Source of the DNA: Candidatus Omnitrophota bacterium
GTDB lineage: Bacteria; Omnitrophota; Omnitrophia; Omnitrophales; Aquincolibacteriaceae
NCBI GenBank assembly: GCA_030698625.1
Contig: JAUYMS010000011.1
Location: 4,373-68,372 of the forward strand
Direction: 5' to 3'
Length of the DNA: 64,000 nt
Made by a program: the position numbers and the translations under genes. Position 1 is the first letter of the stretch. Each line of letters begins with the position of its first letter. Positions 47,108-57,167 of the stretch are shown here, in pieces. Under the pieces are notes generated by a model. It ran no database searches. It worked only from the letters and a program-made list of their open reading frames with translations, and was not told the origin of the DNA.

Positions 47108-47797
47108 CTACAGGAGCCCGCATTCCCTGAAGCTGTAATAGGTGCCGCCTCCGATAATTAGATGGTCCAAGACCTCGATATCCACCGTAGCGCAGGCTCT
47201 GCGTACCTGCTGCGTGAGCTCTCGATCTTGAGTGCTTGGCTCGACCTCACCGGACGGATGATTGTGAACCAACAACACCGCCGTGGCGTAATATTCCAAA
47301 GCCGCCTTCACGACTTCGCGCGGATAGACCGTAGCCCGATCAACCGTCCCTATCGACAAATCTCGCTCCGCCTTCACTTGATTGGCACGGTCCAGAAACA
47401 AGACTCGAAACGTCTCGGTTTTCTGACTCCCCATGGAGACATCCAAATAGTCCAAGACGGCGCTCGGATCGCAAATGACATTACTTCTGAATGCCTTCTG
47501 GCGCAGGCATCGCAAGACCATCTCTTTGGCTGCCAAGAGCAAACACACTCTGGCCGGTCCCAAACCTCGGATCCCCCTTAGATCCGAATAGGAACGCCCC
47601 ATCAGACCTTGTAGTCCGCCCGATTGTGTCAGCACTTCTCGCGAGAAAGCAACGGCGTCTTTCCCTTTCCGTCCGCTCCCGAAAAGCAGCGCTATCAACT
47701 CTGCGTCTGTGAGTGATTGAACGCCCGTCCGACCCAGTTTTTCCCTCGGCCTTTCATTGCTCGGCCATTGCTTTAAGCTCAAAAATTGCGCCCCCAA
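47108..47797 (-). CDS. radC: RadC-like JAB/MPN-domain protein (UPF0758)
   Basis: HhH-like N-terminus (LTDAELIALLFGSGRKGKDA). JAMM motif HNHPSGEVEPSTQDRELT. 229 aa. Confidence 0.85.
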   Translation of the reverse strand: MGAQFLSLKQWPSNERPREKLGRTGVQSLTDAELIALLFGSGRKGKDAVAFSREVLTQSGGLQGLMGRSYSDLRGIRGLGPARVCLLLAAKEMVLRCLRQKAFRSNVICDPSAVLDYLDVSMGSQKTETFRVLFLDRANQVKAERDLSIGTVDRATVYPREVVKAALEYYATAVLLVHNHPSGEVEPSTQDRELTQQVRRACATVDIEVLDHLIIGGGTYYSFRECGLL

Positions 47798-47850
47798 GAT
47801 ATGGGGATAATATAATACAATAATGTATATTATGCAATAATGGAGGCGAA

Positions 47851-49047
47851 TTACTCAGAGAACCGAGGGGAACGGATAACGAGCAACAGTTCCTCAGGGC
47901 CTATAAATCCGTCTATACGGGCCTCTGTGACCTCTTTGCCGTGTCTATCCAGGAACAGGATAGTAGGGACTCCGTGGATGCCGTACTCCTCAATGACCTG
48001 GACGGACCTCGGGCTCTCCGGATAGGTCAGATCGACTTTGACCCGCGTGAACCTTTCCAACTCGGCAATAACTTCCCGGTCGGAATAGGTCCACCTTTCC
48101 AGTTCATGGCAAGGAATACACCACTCCGCATAAAAATCCATAATCACCGGGCGCTCCGATGCTGCCGCCTCAACCACTTCATTGCTGTAAGGCGTCCAAA
48201 CGACAGCCGGTCTCGGACCGGAATCCAGTAATGTCACGCCCACAAGAATGGCCAGCGCCCCCACCCCCCATTGAAAGCGGCGGAAGAGTCCTTTCGCCGG
48301 CGCTGAACGCTCGAAAAATCCCAGGTAGAAGCCGCCGCCGATTAATGCAACAGGTGCCAGATGCTTCACGGCATCGGGTTGAATCGCCAGTAAAAAATAG
48401 AAGGCCGACAAGACAAAGAGCATGACCCCAAAGAGCCGTTCCACCCAAACTAACCATACCCCCGACTTCGGGAGCTTCGTAATCAAGCCGGCAAAGGTGC
48501 CTAGAATGAGATAAGGGAGCCCCAACCCGATTGACAGGGCAAAAAATGTAGAGAAACCAACCGAGGGATCCTGCTGCGTCGCCACGTAGGCGAGCAATGC
48601 CACGATGGGAGGCCCGATGCACGGCGCGGCAAACACACCGACGAGGAGTCCCGACAAAAAAAGCCCGGCAAAGCCGGCCGTCTTCTTCAAGAAAATTCGG
48701 TTCAGGATCCAGTTAGGAACCTGAAAGGAATAAACACCAAATAGGCTGAGTGACAGGAAAAAGAGGAACAGACCGATCGTCAAAAGCACCCAACGGTTCT
48801 GAAGGAGCGCGCCAAAGAGGCTGCCGGAATAAGCTGCCGCTACGCCCAGGGCGGTGTACATCGTCACGATCCCGAGCACATAAGCCAGAGCCCGCAGAAA
48901 TGCCTGGGTTCGCTTAACCTCTCCCATTCCGCTAAAGAGAGACAACGTCACGGAAAGCATGGGATAAACACACGGAGTCAGGTTCAGTGCCAGACCTGTG
49001 GCAAATGCACCCAGAAGAGTGAGTGAGCCGGCGGGAAATTCCGACAT
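47851..49047 (-). CDS. thiol:disulfide interchange protein, DsbD/CcdA-type transmembrane electron-transfer domain fused to C-terminal thioredoxin domain
   Basis: CcdA/DsbD TM core with paired Cys (LNLTPCVYPML...FAAPCIGP). C-terminal thioredoxin WCIPC active site (FYAEWCIPCHELE). 398 aa. Confidence 0.8.
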   Translation of the reverse strand: MSEFPAGSLTLLGAFATGLALNLTPCVYPMLSVTLSLFSGMGEVKRTQAFLRALAYVLGIVTMYTALGVAAAYSGSLFGALLQNRWVLLTIGLFLFFLSLSLFGVYSFQVPNWILNRIFLKKTAGFAGLFLSGLLVGVFAAPCIGPPIVALLAYVATQQDPSVGFSTFFALSIGLGLPYLILGTFAGLITKLPKSGVWLVWVERLFGVMLFVLSAFYFLLAIQPDAVKHLAPVALIGGGFYLGFFERSAPAKGLFRRFQWGVGALAILVGVTLLDSGPRPAVVWTPYSNEVVEAAASERPVIMDFYAEWCIPCHELERWTYSDREVIAELERFTRVKVDLTYPESPRSVQVIEEYGIHGVPTILFLDRHGKEVTEARIDGFIGPEELLLVIRSPRFSE

Positions 49048-49053
49048 TAAAAT

Positions 49054-51180
49054 TTAATCTCCGCTAAGTTTCTGCCGAAAGTCGCTAACGTTCTGTACGG
49101 GCGCGTCGCACTGAAACCCTTTACAGACATAAGCCGTCGTTTCCCCTTCCACGGGAATCTGCTTCACGGCAAAGGGCACGAGCGCCTCAAGCTCCCGGCA
49201 GGCTTCCGCCGAAACCGGTCTAAAAAGGAGCACCCGATTCGGCAGATAGATATTAAAGAGTGTTTTCACCATGGCATCCACCAACTCTCGATTGGTGCCC
49301 TCGGCAATAACGATTTCATACGACGGACCTAGACTAAAATCTAAGGCCATCAAAGCCTGGGGATGCCCCGACGGAAACCGGCTGATCTGCGAAGCAAAGG
49401 CAGCCAGACATTCATCCACTTTTTGATTCATCACGGCGTCGCCCGTCAAACGCGCCATGCGCACCAGAACTTGAGCCGCCACGGAATTGCCCGAAGGAAT
49501 AGCCCCGTCATAAAATTCCTTGGACCTTGAGATCAATTGCTCCCCGTCGGAGGCGACAAAAAAGAACCCGCCCGCGTTTTCATCCCAGAAGAGCCGGAGC
49601 ATTTCCTCACAGAACCGCTTCGCCTCTCCCAGATAACGGATCTCAAAAGTAGCTTCGTACAGATCGAGTAAAGCCTGAGTGAGAAACGCGTAGTCATCGA
49701 GAAAACCGGGAATCATTACATGCCCATCGCGGTACCGGTGAAGCAGCCGCCCCTTTGCGTCTACCATCTTTGAAAGGATGAAGTCGCCCGCTTTCGCGGC
49801 CGCAATGCGATAGGCCGGCTCGCCCAGCACGCGTGAGGCAAGACAGAAACTCGAAATCATTAACGCGTTCCAATCTGCAAGAACTTTGTCATCCAGATGA
49901 GGCCGCGGCCTCTTCCCTCGGGATTCCAAGAGTTTGAGCCTCGCCGCGGCGAGTTCACTCCGCACCTCGGCGGCAGTCTTCTTGAACTTCTGAGCCGTCT
50001 CCGCAATCCTTTTGGCGGCGAAAAGAATATTCTTGCCCGTGAATTCGCCGTGCACATCTTCTTGGGCATTTCCCCCGGGCTCAACTCCGTAATACCAAAT
50101 AAAGAGCTCCGCGGCTTGTCCCAGATGCTCGCGGATCTCCGCTTCCGTCCAAACATAAAAAGCACCTTCTTTTTTCTGCTTGCCGCCTCCGGCGGGCTCG
50201 AGGCTATCGGCATCCTCCGCCGAGTAAAAGGCCCCCTCCGGTGATGTCATATCGCGGAGGACATAAGCAAACGTATCTTTAGCCACCTCGGCGAACACTT
50301 CCCTGTGCGTTGCCTGATAAGCCTCGACATAAGTCTTTGTCAAAATGGCCTGGTCGTAAAGCATCTTCTCAAAATGAGGGATATGCCACCGCTCATCGGT
50401 GGAGTAACGGTGAAATCCGCCGCCGAGGTGATCGTACATACCGCCTTTGGCCATGGCCCGTAAGGTTTGGACCGCCATTTCCAGGGCGCGCGGCTGGTTC
50501 GCACGATGCCAGTATTGCAGGAGGAATGAGAGCACGTGACTGCTCGGAAATTTTGGCGCGTTGCCGAATCCGCCGTTCTCGGCGTCATACCGGCTCAGGA
50601 ACTGCCCATAGGCCTCATCGAGCGACTCCTTGGTGAGCGTCACTTCACGGTCCGAATCGGGCATGCCGAGCGCGGCCCCCAGCTGCTCTGTAAGATGATC
50701 CCCGGCATCGACCAGTTTTTGCCTATTGGAACTCCACTGGGCGCGAATCGTCTTTAGAAGACTCTTGAAACCGGGTCGGCCCCATCTGTCTTCCGGGGGG
50801 AAATAGGTTCCGCCGTAGAAAGGTCTTCTGTCGGGAGTCAGAAACACGCTCATCGGCCAACCGCCGGACCCCGACATCGCCATGACGGCCTTCATGTAAA
50901 TACCGTCCACGTCCGGCCGCTCTTCTCGGTCCACTTTCACGGCGACAAAACCTTCATTGAGAAGGTCCGCCACTTCCTGATTCGTGAAGGACTCGTCTTC
51001 CATGACATGGCACCAGTGACAAGTCGAGTAGCCGATGGAGAGAAAAATGGGTTTGTTTTCTTCGCGGGCCTTGGCAAACGCCTCTTCTCCCCAGGGAAAC
51101 CAGTCGACGGGATTGGTGGCATGCTGTAAAAGGTAAGGGCTCTTTTCGCGAGCCAGTAGATTTGGGGAACTTTCAGACAC
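49054..51180 (-). CDS. thioredoxin-domain protein of the DUF255/YyaL (SPATA20-like) family with (alpha/alpha)6-barrel domain
   Basis: N-terminal [20 protein letters not shown] (DUF255 thioredoxin-like CxxC). Large C-terminal region consistent with the glycoside-hydrolase-like six-hairpin fold of YyaL proteins. 708 aa. Confidence 0.85.
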   Translation of the reverse strand: MSESSPNLLAREKSPYLLQHATNPVDWFPWGEEAFAKAREENKPIFLSIGYSTCHWCHVMEDESFTNQEVADLLNEGFVAVKVDREERPDVDGIYMKAVMAMSGSGGWPMSVFLTPDRRPFYGGTYFPPEDRWGRPGFKSLLKTIRAQWSSNRQKLVDAGDHLTEQLGAALGMPDSDREVTLTKESLDEAYGQFLSRYDAENGGFGNAPKFPSSHVLSFLLQYWHRANQPRALEMAVQTLRAMAKGGMYDHLGGGFHRYSTDERWHIPHFEKMLYDQAILTKTYVEAYQATHREVFAEVAKDTFAYVLRDMTSPEGAFYSAEDADSLEPAGGGKQKKEGAFYVWTEAEIREHLGQAAELFIWYYGVEPGGNAQEDVHGEFTGKNILFAAKRIAETAQKFKKTAAEVRSELAAARLKLLESRGKRPRPHLDDKVLADWNALMISSFCLASRVLGEPAYRIAAAKAGDFILSKMVDAKGRLLHRYRDGHVMIPGFLDDYAFLTQALLDLYEATFEIRYLGEAKRFCEEMLRLFWDENAGGFFFVASDGEQLISRSKEFYDGAIPSGNSVAAQVLVRMARLTGDAVMNQKVDECLAAFASQISRFPSGHPQALMALDFSLGPSYEIVIAEGTNRELVDAMVKTLFNIYLPNRVLLFRPVSAEACRELEALVPFAVKQIPVEGETTAYVCKGFQCDAPVQNVSDFRQKLSGD

Positions 51181-51276
51181 GGTCCGTCACCTCACCAGTC
51201 ATAAAAAGGGCGGCCCATCCGCTGCCTTGCGGCAAGCCTGACGGCCGCCCTATAATTTCGGCGTCCTGAAAATGAA

Positions 51277-51675
51277 TCAGGAAACAGGGATCATGTTATC
51301 GTTTTCGTCGTACGTGTAACGAGGACTGCCGTTATCCTTGTGGATACGAATGCTCACAACAGACAGCGCGCCGTCTCGATCGATAATATCAAAATCAAGA
51401 TCCAGCTCATCGCCCGTCAGCACATCCCGCATATCCGTGCAGGAGTAGTAATAATCGCCGGTCTTACCGACCCGCTCGTGAACCCGGACCAGCTCTAAGC
51501 GTCTGAGCGTGTCCGTGCGATTATCCACAATCCCGAACGCCCCCTGCATTTTTTCCTGCTCAGCAATGTAGGTCCGTATGGTGCCCCTCAGAGACTCGGG
51601 GGCCGGCCCCGCCATCCCCTGAATGGCCCCGCTAAACATCATTGCCATGGTTATCGCTATGATTCTCTGCATCAC
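51277..51675 (-). CDS. small secreted protein (132 aa), hypothetical
   Basis: Signal peptide (MMQRIIAITMAMMFSGAIQGMAG). No motif. Confidence 0.4.
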   Translation of the reverse strand: MMQRIIAITMAMMFSGAIQGMAGPAPESLRGTIRTYIAEQEKMQGAFGIVDNRTDTLRRLELVRVHERVGKTGDYYYSCTDMRDVLTGDELDLDFDIIDRDGALSVVSIRIHKDNGSPRYTYDENDNMIPVS

Positions 51676-51704
51676 TAACCTCCGTACCGATTAAATGTCA
51701 CCGG

Positions 51705-51950
51705 CTATAGCTTCTTTGCGATTTTCTTCAATTCCCGGGACAAAGTCATGTTGCTCGTCTCCAACTCGGCGGCAGCTTCAAGAATCGTAGCGGCATCCTT
51801 ACTCACTTCTGATGAGGAGCCACTGCTGCTATGCGTGGAACCGCCATGTTCAGATCCGCCGTGTTCTCCCGCCAAAGCAACACCAACCGGCAACACCGTC
51901 AAAGCAACGACCACCAACATCGCCAACATTCCCTGCTCAATTTTCCTCAT
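51705..51950 (-). CDS. small secreted His/Gly/Ser-rich protein (81 aa), hypothetical
   Basis: Signal peptide (LAMLVVVALTVLPVGVALA) followed by EHGGSEHGGSTHSSSGSSS, then an amphipathic helix. Possible metal-binding peptide. Confidence 0.35.
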   Translation of the reverse strand: MRKIEQGMLAMLVVVALTVLPVGVALAGEHGGSEHGGSTHSSSGSSSEVSKDAATILEAAAELETSNMTLSRELKKIAKKL

Positions 51951-51970
51951 ATCACACTTCCTTTCTTGTT

Positions 51971-52939
51971 TTACGGATTCTTATAGTCGAAAGCCATGTC
52001 GATATCCCGATGGATCTCGCCGTCTATTTCGACGTGGGGGTAAAAGAAAATATTCACCGGATCCCCCGATTGTCTCGGTGAAAGTTCGATGTCCCGCCCC
52101 GTACTGAGGTGGAATTTGTTAGTATCGAAGTGGGCAAAATAGGCGTCCTTAAGTTCGGGATGTTTCCAGGCATCAGAGGCATCAATCGGCCGCCAGCCTC
52201 TCACGGCGTCGTAAAACTCCGCCCAACAATGATACCCTTTCATCATCCCCTGCGGTTCTTTGGGTACCGTAAAACCAATTTTGAAGCGCGCGGGAATCTC
52301 GGATGCCTGCGACATCGATATAAAAAGAGAATGAAAATCCGTACAATTCCCTTTTCCCAAGTCGCACGCCCTCTGCGTGTCGCCGTTCCCCCAACCCGGG
52401 GTGACCTTATCGTAAGCCATGTTGGCCACGACATAATCATAGATTCCGCGTGCCTTTTCGATCGTGTCCGATCCATTTGCCGTCGCTGTGGCTGCTCTGC
52501 TTCTCACATCCTCGTTGATCACCATTAGGCGGCTCGGATCGAGGTACAATTCAACTTGATCTCCGACCGCATTTTGTTCAAATTCCTCCTGGTCTACTTT
52601 TGCGCGATATTCAACGCTGAATTCAAGCGGACCGCTTTCGGACCCATCGGCTTCAAAGTAGATCATTTCATTCCCGAATTTTGGGTCACGGGTAATCGTA
52701 TAAGGCCCAGGTGCGCTGATCCGCCTGTCGTAGATCGTCTGACCGTCGCTCTGGCTCGCCAAAGGAATCCATGCGCGAATCTTCTCTGCGGTCTGCGGAA
52801 TATCAGCCACGATGGCACGGTAGGTTATTTGGAATTGGCGGCTTTCAGGAAATGCGCCTATCTCGGGAGCACCACTGACGTAAGCTATCGTTGTAAATGC
52901 TGTGCCGGCGATTATAAGTGCTAAAAAAGTTCGCTTCAT
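51971..52939 (-). CDS. secreted transglutaminase-like cysteine-protease-fold protein
   Basis: Signal peptide. Transglutaminase core Cys-His arrangement (GKGNCTDFHSLFISMSQASEIPARF ... GYHCWAEFY). Confidence 0.7.
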   Translation of the reverse strand: MKRTFLALIIAGTAFTTIAYVSGAPEIGAFPESRQFQITYRAIVADIPQTAEKIRAWIPLASQSDGQTIYDRRISAPGPYTITRDPKFGNEMIYFEADGSESGPLEFSVEYRAKVDQEEFEQNAVGDQVELYLDPSRLMVINEDVRSRAATATANGSDTIEKARGIYDYVVANMAYDKVTPGWGNGDTQRACDLGKGNCTDFHSLFISMSQASEIPARFKIGFTVPKEPQGMMKGYHCWAEFYDAVRGWRPIDASDAWKHPELKDAYFAHFDTNKFHLSTGRDIELSPRQSGDPVNIFFYPHVEIDGEIHRDIDMAFDYKNP

Positions 52940-53742
52940 TTTACTCTCCTTGTTTCATCTGCATTTCCTCTAAACGGAGCTGCTAAGAAGACGCCCGGTT
53001 CCAGATAAGTAGCCCTGCCTTCACTCAGCCCCAAGGTCTTAAGCTCCTCAAAATCAGGCTCACGCAGGGTGCCGAAAAGCCTATCCCAAATGAGGAAAAT
53101 AGTCGAGTAATTTCCGTCTCTCGTGCGCAGCGAAACGGTGTGATGACCGGCGTGTAACCGCGGCGTCATGTGAACAAGTCGGAGCCGTTTTTCCCAGCGG
53201 TCGGGAAAATCGATATTCGAGTGGTGAAATAAAGCGTAAAGAGTAATCCCCGTCTCAAAAATGGCAAAGGCCGCAAGCGACGGCCCCCAGATAAATATCC
53301 AGCAGACCTTGGCTCCATAAGAGAAAAACAACTCGCCGGGATGAAAGCGCAGAGTCGTCGTCACATCCACGTGGGTATCCGTGTGATGAACTTTATGAAA
53401 ACGCCACAGAAACGGCACGAGATGATTAAAACGATGCCACCAGTAATCAAAAAAGTCGAAGACGATGATCGTGCCGACAATTTCCACAACGCCTGCCAGT
53501 CCCAGCATACGCGAGATTCCCCAGCCGTGATTTTCCACAACCCGAAGCCATGCCAGCACGGCGACGGCCACAGTCAGCCGTGTCCAAACCGTATTAAAAA
53601 TGCTGACAGCCATGTGAAAGATCCACCGCTTTACGCGCGGGATTTCCCAGGGGCGTGTGTGCACCAAGGACTCACAGACAAAAAGACTGCCGAGTGCCGC
53701 AAAAAAGAAAATCAGTCTCAACATTTGCACGTCGATTCCCAT
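52936..53742 (-). CDS. fatty acid hydroxylase / sterol desaturase superfamily membrane di-iron enzyme
   Basis: His-box pattern HRFNHLVPFLWRFHKVHH and HAGHH across 4 TM helices. 268 aa. Confidence 0.75.
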   Translation of the reverse strand: MGIDVQMLRLIFFFAALGSLFVCESLVHTRPWEIPRVKRWIFHMAVSIFNTVWTRLTVAVAVLAWLRVVENHGWGISRMLGLAGVVEIVGTIIVFDFFDYWWHRFNHLVPFLWRFHKVHHTDTHVDVTTTLRFHPGELFFSYGAKVCWIFIWGPSLAAFAIFETGITLYALFHHSNIDFPDRWEKRLRLVHMTPRLHAGHHTVSLRTRDGNYSTIFLIWDRLFGTLREPDFEELKTLGLSEGRATYLEPGVFLAAPFRGNADETRRVK

Positions 53743-53751
53743 GAGGTTTGT

Positions 53752-54726
53752 CTATTGAAGGGCGCCTTGGCAGGACGAGCCCGCTCCCGCCGTACAACCA
53801 AAGCAGTGATCGCCGGTCAAGATCGAATAACCGTTCACGTCCGTTTCAAGGACATCCTGCAGCATGAGCGGGTGCGAATTGCGCATCTGAATTCCCAAGA
53901 CCTGATTAAAATCGCAGTCATAAATCCTGCCGTCCCAACTGACACTCAGCGTATCACGGCACATAAGCCCATCAAGGGTCCGTGGATTAAAGCTTTCCAC
54001 CAACAGATGGGTATATTCTTCATACTGGTTTAAGGCCTTGAGGTATTTCTCATACCGAGTGATCGGCATATTGGTTATCGTATAGAGACCGTTAAAATCG
54101 ATATCAAAATCCTCTTTCAAAATCTTTTTGTAATCGCCTTCCAGACCCGCCTGAGCCGGAGGCAGATGGGCTCCTACGGGGTTGTACACCAGATTCAATA
54201 AAAGCCCCGTTCCCTCGCGGCCATAACCCAGCCTGTTAAGACGCCGGAGCGCGCGTACGGAGCCGTCAAAGGTGCCGCTCCCCCGCTGTTTGTCGACGTT
54301 CTCCCGCTGATAGCAAGGCAGCGACGCAATCACCTCAACACCGCTCGAAGCCAAAAAATCCGCCGTGTCAGAGAATCCCTCTTCCAGGAGTATCGTCAAA
54401 TTACACCGGTCAATCACATGGATCTTTCTCGATCGAGCTTCCGTAACGAGCAAGCGAAAATGAGGATTCATTTCGGGGGCACCCCCGGTCAAGTCCAGGG
54501 TCGAAATGCCTGGTATGTCCATAGCACGCACAACAAGCTGCGCCGTGGCTTCATCCATATTTTCCTTCTTCTTAGTCGGACCGGCCTCGACATGGCAGTG
54601 GACGCATGTCAGATTGCAGAGCTTGCCCAAATTCACCTGTAGAATCGTGATCTGCTTTTTCCGCAGATCGCGGGCATGCAGCCTCACCTTTTCATCGAAT
54701 CGGTTCAGGCTAACAGCATCCGCCAT
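53752..54726 (-). CDS. arsS: radical SAM protein with C-terminal Cys-rich ('selenodomain'-type) tail, ArsS-like (arsenosugar-biosynthesis radical SAM)
   Basis: rSAM cluster CNLTCVHCHVEAG. SPASM-less. C-terminal Cys-rich GDHCFGCTAGAGSSCQGALQ. About 324 aa and adjacent to an ArsM-like methyltransferase. This is the arrangement I recall for the ArsS/TIGR04167 family. Confidence 0.7.
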   Translation of the reverse strand: MADAVSLNRFDEKVRLHARDLRKKQITILQVNLGKLCNLTCVHCHVEAGPTKKKENMDEATAQLVVRAMDIPGISTLDLTGGAPEMNPHFRLLVTEARSRKIHVIDRCNLTILLEEGFSDTADFLASSGVEVIASLPCYQRENVDKQRGSGTFDGSVRALRRLNRLGYGREGTGLLLNLVYNPVGAHLPPAQAGLEGDYKKILKEDFDIDFNGLYTITNMPITRYEKYLKALNQYEEYTHLLVESFNPRTLDGLMCRDTLSVSWDGRIYDCDFNQVLGIQMRNSHPLMLQDVLETDVNGYSILTGDHCFGCTAGAGSSCQGALQ

Positions 54727-55888
54727 CGAGACACACGCTTTCGTTCTTCACCGTTTCCTGATACTTCTGCCCCTTTGTCTCTTTGGCATGCCGCTCCGTG
54801 TTCGGCGAGCAATCAAACGGCTTGGCCTTGCTGAGCGGAATGAGCTTACGCGGCGTCACCGCAAGGACATCGCCGGCATACGGGGCCCTCGTATAAATAT
54901 TGAAAGTTTTGTCACACACGGCGATACGCACGCCGCGATCCAGGACATGGCCGTCGTCATCTTCCACTCGGCGCCACGGCCCTTTATAAATCACGGCCTG
55001 ATTCCGTTCCCAACACTCCCCTTCTTTGCCCTTGTGAGCCGTTACCGTCACCGAGCGGAATTCTATTCCCTCGACGGTTTGCCAGGGCTCCTCATCACGG
55101 CGTTCAATCTGTATGCCGTAGAAGCCCGCGTCTTGGAACGCCTGAATGAACGCCTTCTCCTCGAAGGCTCCGGAGATGCACCCACTCCACAGTTCCGGAT
55201 CATTCTGCAAATGTGAGGGCACGGACTCGTCGGAGACAATATCTGAAATCGCGATGCGCCCGCCCCTTTTCAAGACACGGAACATCTCCCGAAAGAGCTG
55301 CATTTTGTCTACGGCGTGGACTAAATTCAAAACGCAGTTGGAGACAATCACATCGACCGAATCATCGGCAACTAGCGGATTTTTTTTCCACATCCCGCTT
55401 GCCGCGTGATCAAAGTCGAGGTATTCGGCCGCCGATCGAATCGGACGTTTCCTCAGTTTTTTTTCGAGAAGTGCCGGATCGGTCTTCAAATCCTGGATTC
55501 TACCCCAGCGGAAATCAATATTATCCCAGCCGATTCTCTTGGCAACCCGACGTTGGTGCTTGCGGGCCAACTGGAGCATCGCCTGGTTAAAATCCACTCC
55601 GATAACACGCCCTTTGCGCCCCACGATTTGTGACGCAATGTAACAGATTTTTCCCGCCCCCGATCCCAAGTCGAGGACGATATCCCCCTCGCGCAAATAG
55701 CGGGAAGGATCCCCACATCCGTAGTCTTTGTCTAAAATCTCTTTCGGAATCACCCGCAGGTACTGAGGATCGTAATCCACGGGACAACAAAGCGCGGCTT
55801 CCACCCGGGCGGCCCCCTTCGTGTAGCGCGCCTTCACCTCTTTTTCGACATGGCCGCGCTCCGACTGGAAATTGCTCATATCCTTCAT
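54710..55888 (-). CDS. arsM: arsenite S-adenosylmethionine methyltransferase ArsM-like
   Basis: Class I SAM MTase motif I (VLDLGSGAGKICYIAS). Conserved Cys pair near the N-terminus (ALCCPVDYD...DYGCGDP) and downstream Cys (VSNCVLNL) as in ArsM/AS3MT. Extended C-terminal domain. 392 aa. Confidence 0.7.
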   Translation of the reverse strand: MKDMSNFQSERGHVEKEVKARYTKGAARVEAALCCPVDYDPQYLRVIPKEILDKDYGCGDPSRYLREGDIVLDLGSGAGKICYIASQIVGRKGRVIGVDFNQAMLQLARKHQRRVAKRIGWDNIDFRWGRIQDLKTDPALLEKKLRKRPIRSAAEYLDFDHAASGMWKKNPLVADDSVDVIVSNCVLNLVHAVDKMQLFREMFRVLKRGGRIAISDIVSDESVPSHLQNDPELWSGCISGAFEEKAFIQAFQDAGFYGIQIERRDEEPWQTVEGIEFRSVTVTAHKGKEGECWERNQAVIYKGPWRRVEDDDGHVLDRGVRIAVCDKTFNIYTRAPYAGDVLAVTPRKLIPLSKAKPFDCSPNTERHAKETKGQKYQETVKNESVCLDGGCC

Positions 55889-55890
55889 CG

Positions 55891-56517
55891 TTATCCCTTT
55901 CCCTTTATGATTGCGTTTAAATTCTTACAGTCTTCAGCCTCGTCAAGATCACGCAACATAGGCAAAAGCCCCCAAGTAAGTTTATTGCGCCGAAGCCTTT
56001 CGAGGGTGCAATCGAATACCGTTGCTGTACTCCACGGAATATCGACAAACACTTCGGGATAAAACGCCGACATCCCGATCAAGTAATACCCCCCGTCAAC
56101 GGCCGGTCCGACAACAACCGATTTTCCCTTCAACATGTCTCGCCCATCAATAATGTGCTTCAAAGTCAGCTCTAGAGTATCGCTCCCAAGAGCCATGACC
56201 TTGGCATACCCCATGCTGAAGGCCCTATCGAAAGCATGATGCAAGCGCTCGCCCAATGCTGCTCCTCGCTGAGTCAAATAATGTTCATGCCCCGGAAGCC
56301 ATTCGCGGACCTCCTTTTCCCGCTCTGCCGGATCAAATGTCACGATCACGTCCAAACGGTGGAGGGCGGCGTCTGCCAGCACAGCGGCGAGCCTTTCGGC
56401 AATCAGCTTATATAAGTTCGCGGCATCCTCAGCTCCGAGGCTTTGCGCCAGGCGCGTCTTCACCTTCCCGGGCTCCGGGTATTTAACAAAATAAAGGACT
56501 GCGGTATCTGCTCTCAC
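55891..56517 (-). CDS. DUF2064 / TIGR04282-type 'rSAM/selenodomain-associated transferase 1' (GT-A-like nucleotidyl/glycosyl-transferase fold)
   Basis: N-terminal VLYFVKYPEPGKVKTRL (the PG.VKTRL signature of DUF2064) and GSDTLEL / VVGPAVDGGYYLIG blocks. 208 aa. Abuts the ArsM-like gene (3-nt gap). Confidence 0.65.
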   Translation of the reverse strand: MRADTAVLYFVKYPEPGKVKTRLAQSLGAEDAANLYKLIAERLAAVLADAALHRLDVIVTFDPAEREKEVREWLPGHEHYLTQRGAALGERLHHAFDRAFSMGYAKVMALGSDTLELTLKHIIDGRDMLKGKSVVVGPAVDGGYYLIGMSAFYPEVFVDIPWSTATVFDCTLERLRRNKLTWGLLPMLRDLDEAEDCKNLNAIIKGKG

Positions 56518-56532
56518 GCGGGCCCGGCGGAA

Positions 56533-56748
56533 TTATCCGTTTACTTTCTCGTAGGAGTACTTCTCTTTGATGTTATCGGTAAAATAAGTGCCGATCGATG
56601 ACGCCTTGAGAAGCTCCCGGTGAACTTCAACGGGAACGTCTTGATACCGGTATACCCCACCCCTTCGAAATGCGATTTCCAAGGTTGCAAGTTCCTCATC
56701 GTAGCCCACAATAGCAATCTCACGAGACCTAACGGCTGTTCTATCCAT
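56533..56748 (-). CDS. KTSC-domain protein (71 aa)
   Basis: IAIVGYDEELATLEIAFRRGGVYRYQDVPVEVHRELLKASSIGTYFTDNIKEKY matches the KTSC pattern (YD...L.I.F..G.VY.Y..VP..VY..L..A.S.G.YF...I). Confidence 0.6.
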   Translation of the reverse strand: MDRTAVRSREIAIVGYDEELATLEIAFRRGGVYRYQDVPVEVHRELLKASSIGTYFTDNIKEKYSYEKVNG

Positions 56749-56762
56749 GAATAGATTCCTCC

Positions 56763-57167
56763 CTAAAACACTTGTACGGCACTTAAAATTAGAAGTCCGC
56801 CGCCGATGGCCAGAGAACAGCCCGCCATGATGCGCAGAGCGAGCGCGTCTCCCCGAAGCAGTGCGGTCGTTAAGAGGCGAAAACGTTCATATTGGAATAC
56901 CCAGAGGCACATTTTCACTGCAGAGAGTGTGACGACAATTGTAATCACAAAGCCATACGAATTTGGGAATTTCAGCAACAGGTACCAGGTAGTAGAAAGC
57001 ACGATCAGAGCTACAATGGCCACAATATCGACTCCAAAGGGACGTTTTTCAGGGTATACTTTGCTGAGAAAGAAGTCAGCCCAGGGTTTCGGATACAAAA
57101 ACAGGAGCCCCGCTGAAATAACCATTAAAAAGCCAAGCGTAATGCCGATTCCTAAGAAGTAAATCAT
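56763..57167 (-). CDS. 4-TM small membrane protein (134 aa), hypothetical
   Basis: Four hydrophobic helices. No motif. Confidence 0.45.
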   Translation of the reverse strand: MIYFLGIGITLGFLMVISAGLLFLYPKPWADFFLSKVYPEKRPFGVDIVAIVALIVLSTTWYLLLKFPNSYGFVITIVVTLSAVKMCLWVFQYERFRLLTTALLRGDALALRIMAGCSLAIGGGLLILSAVQVF

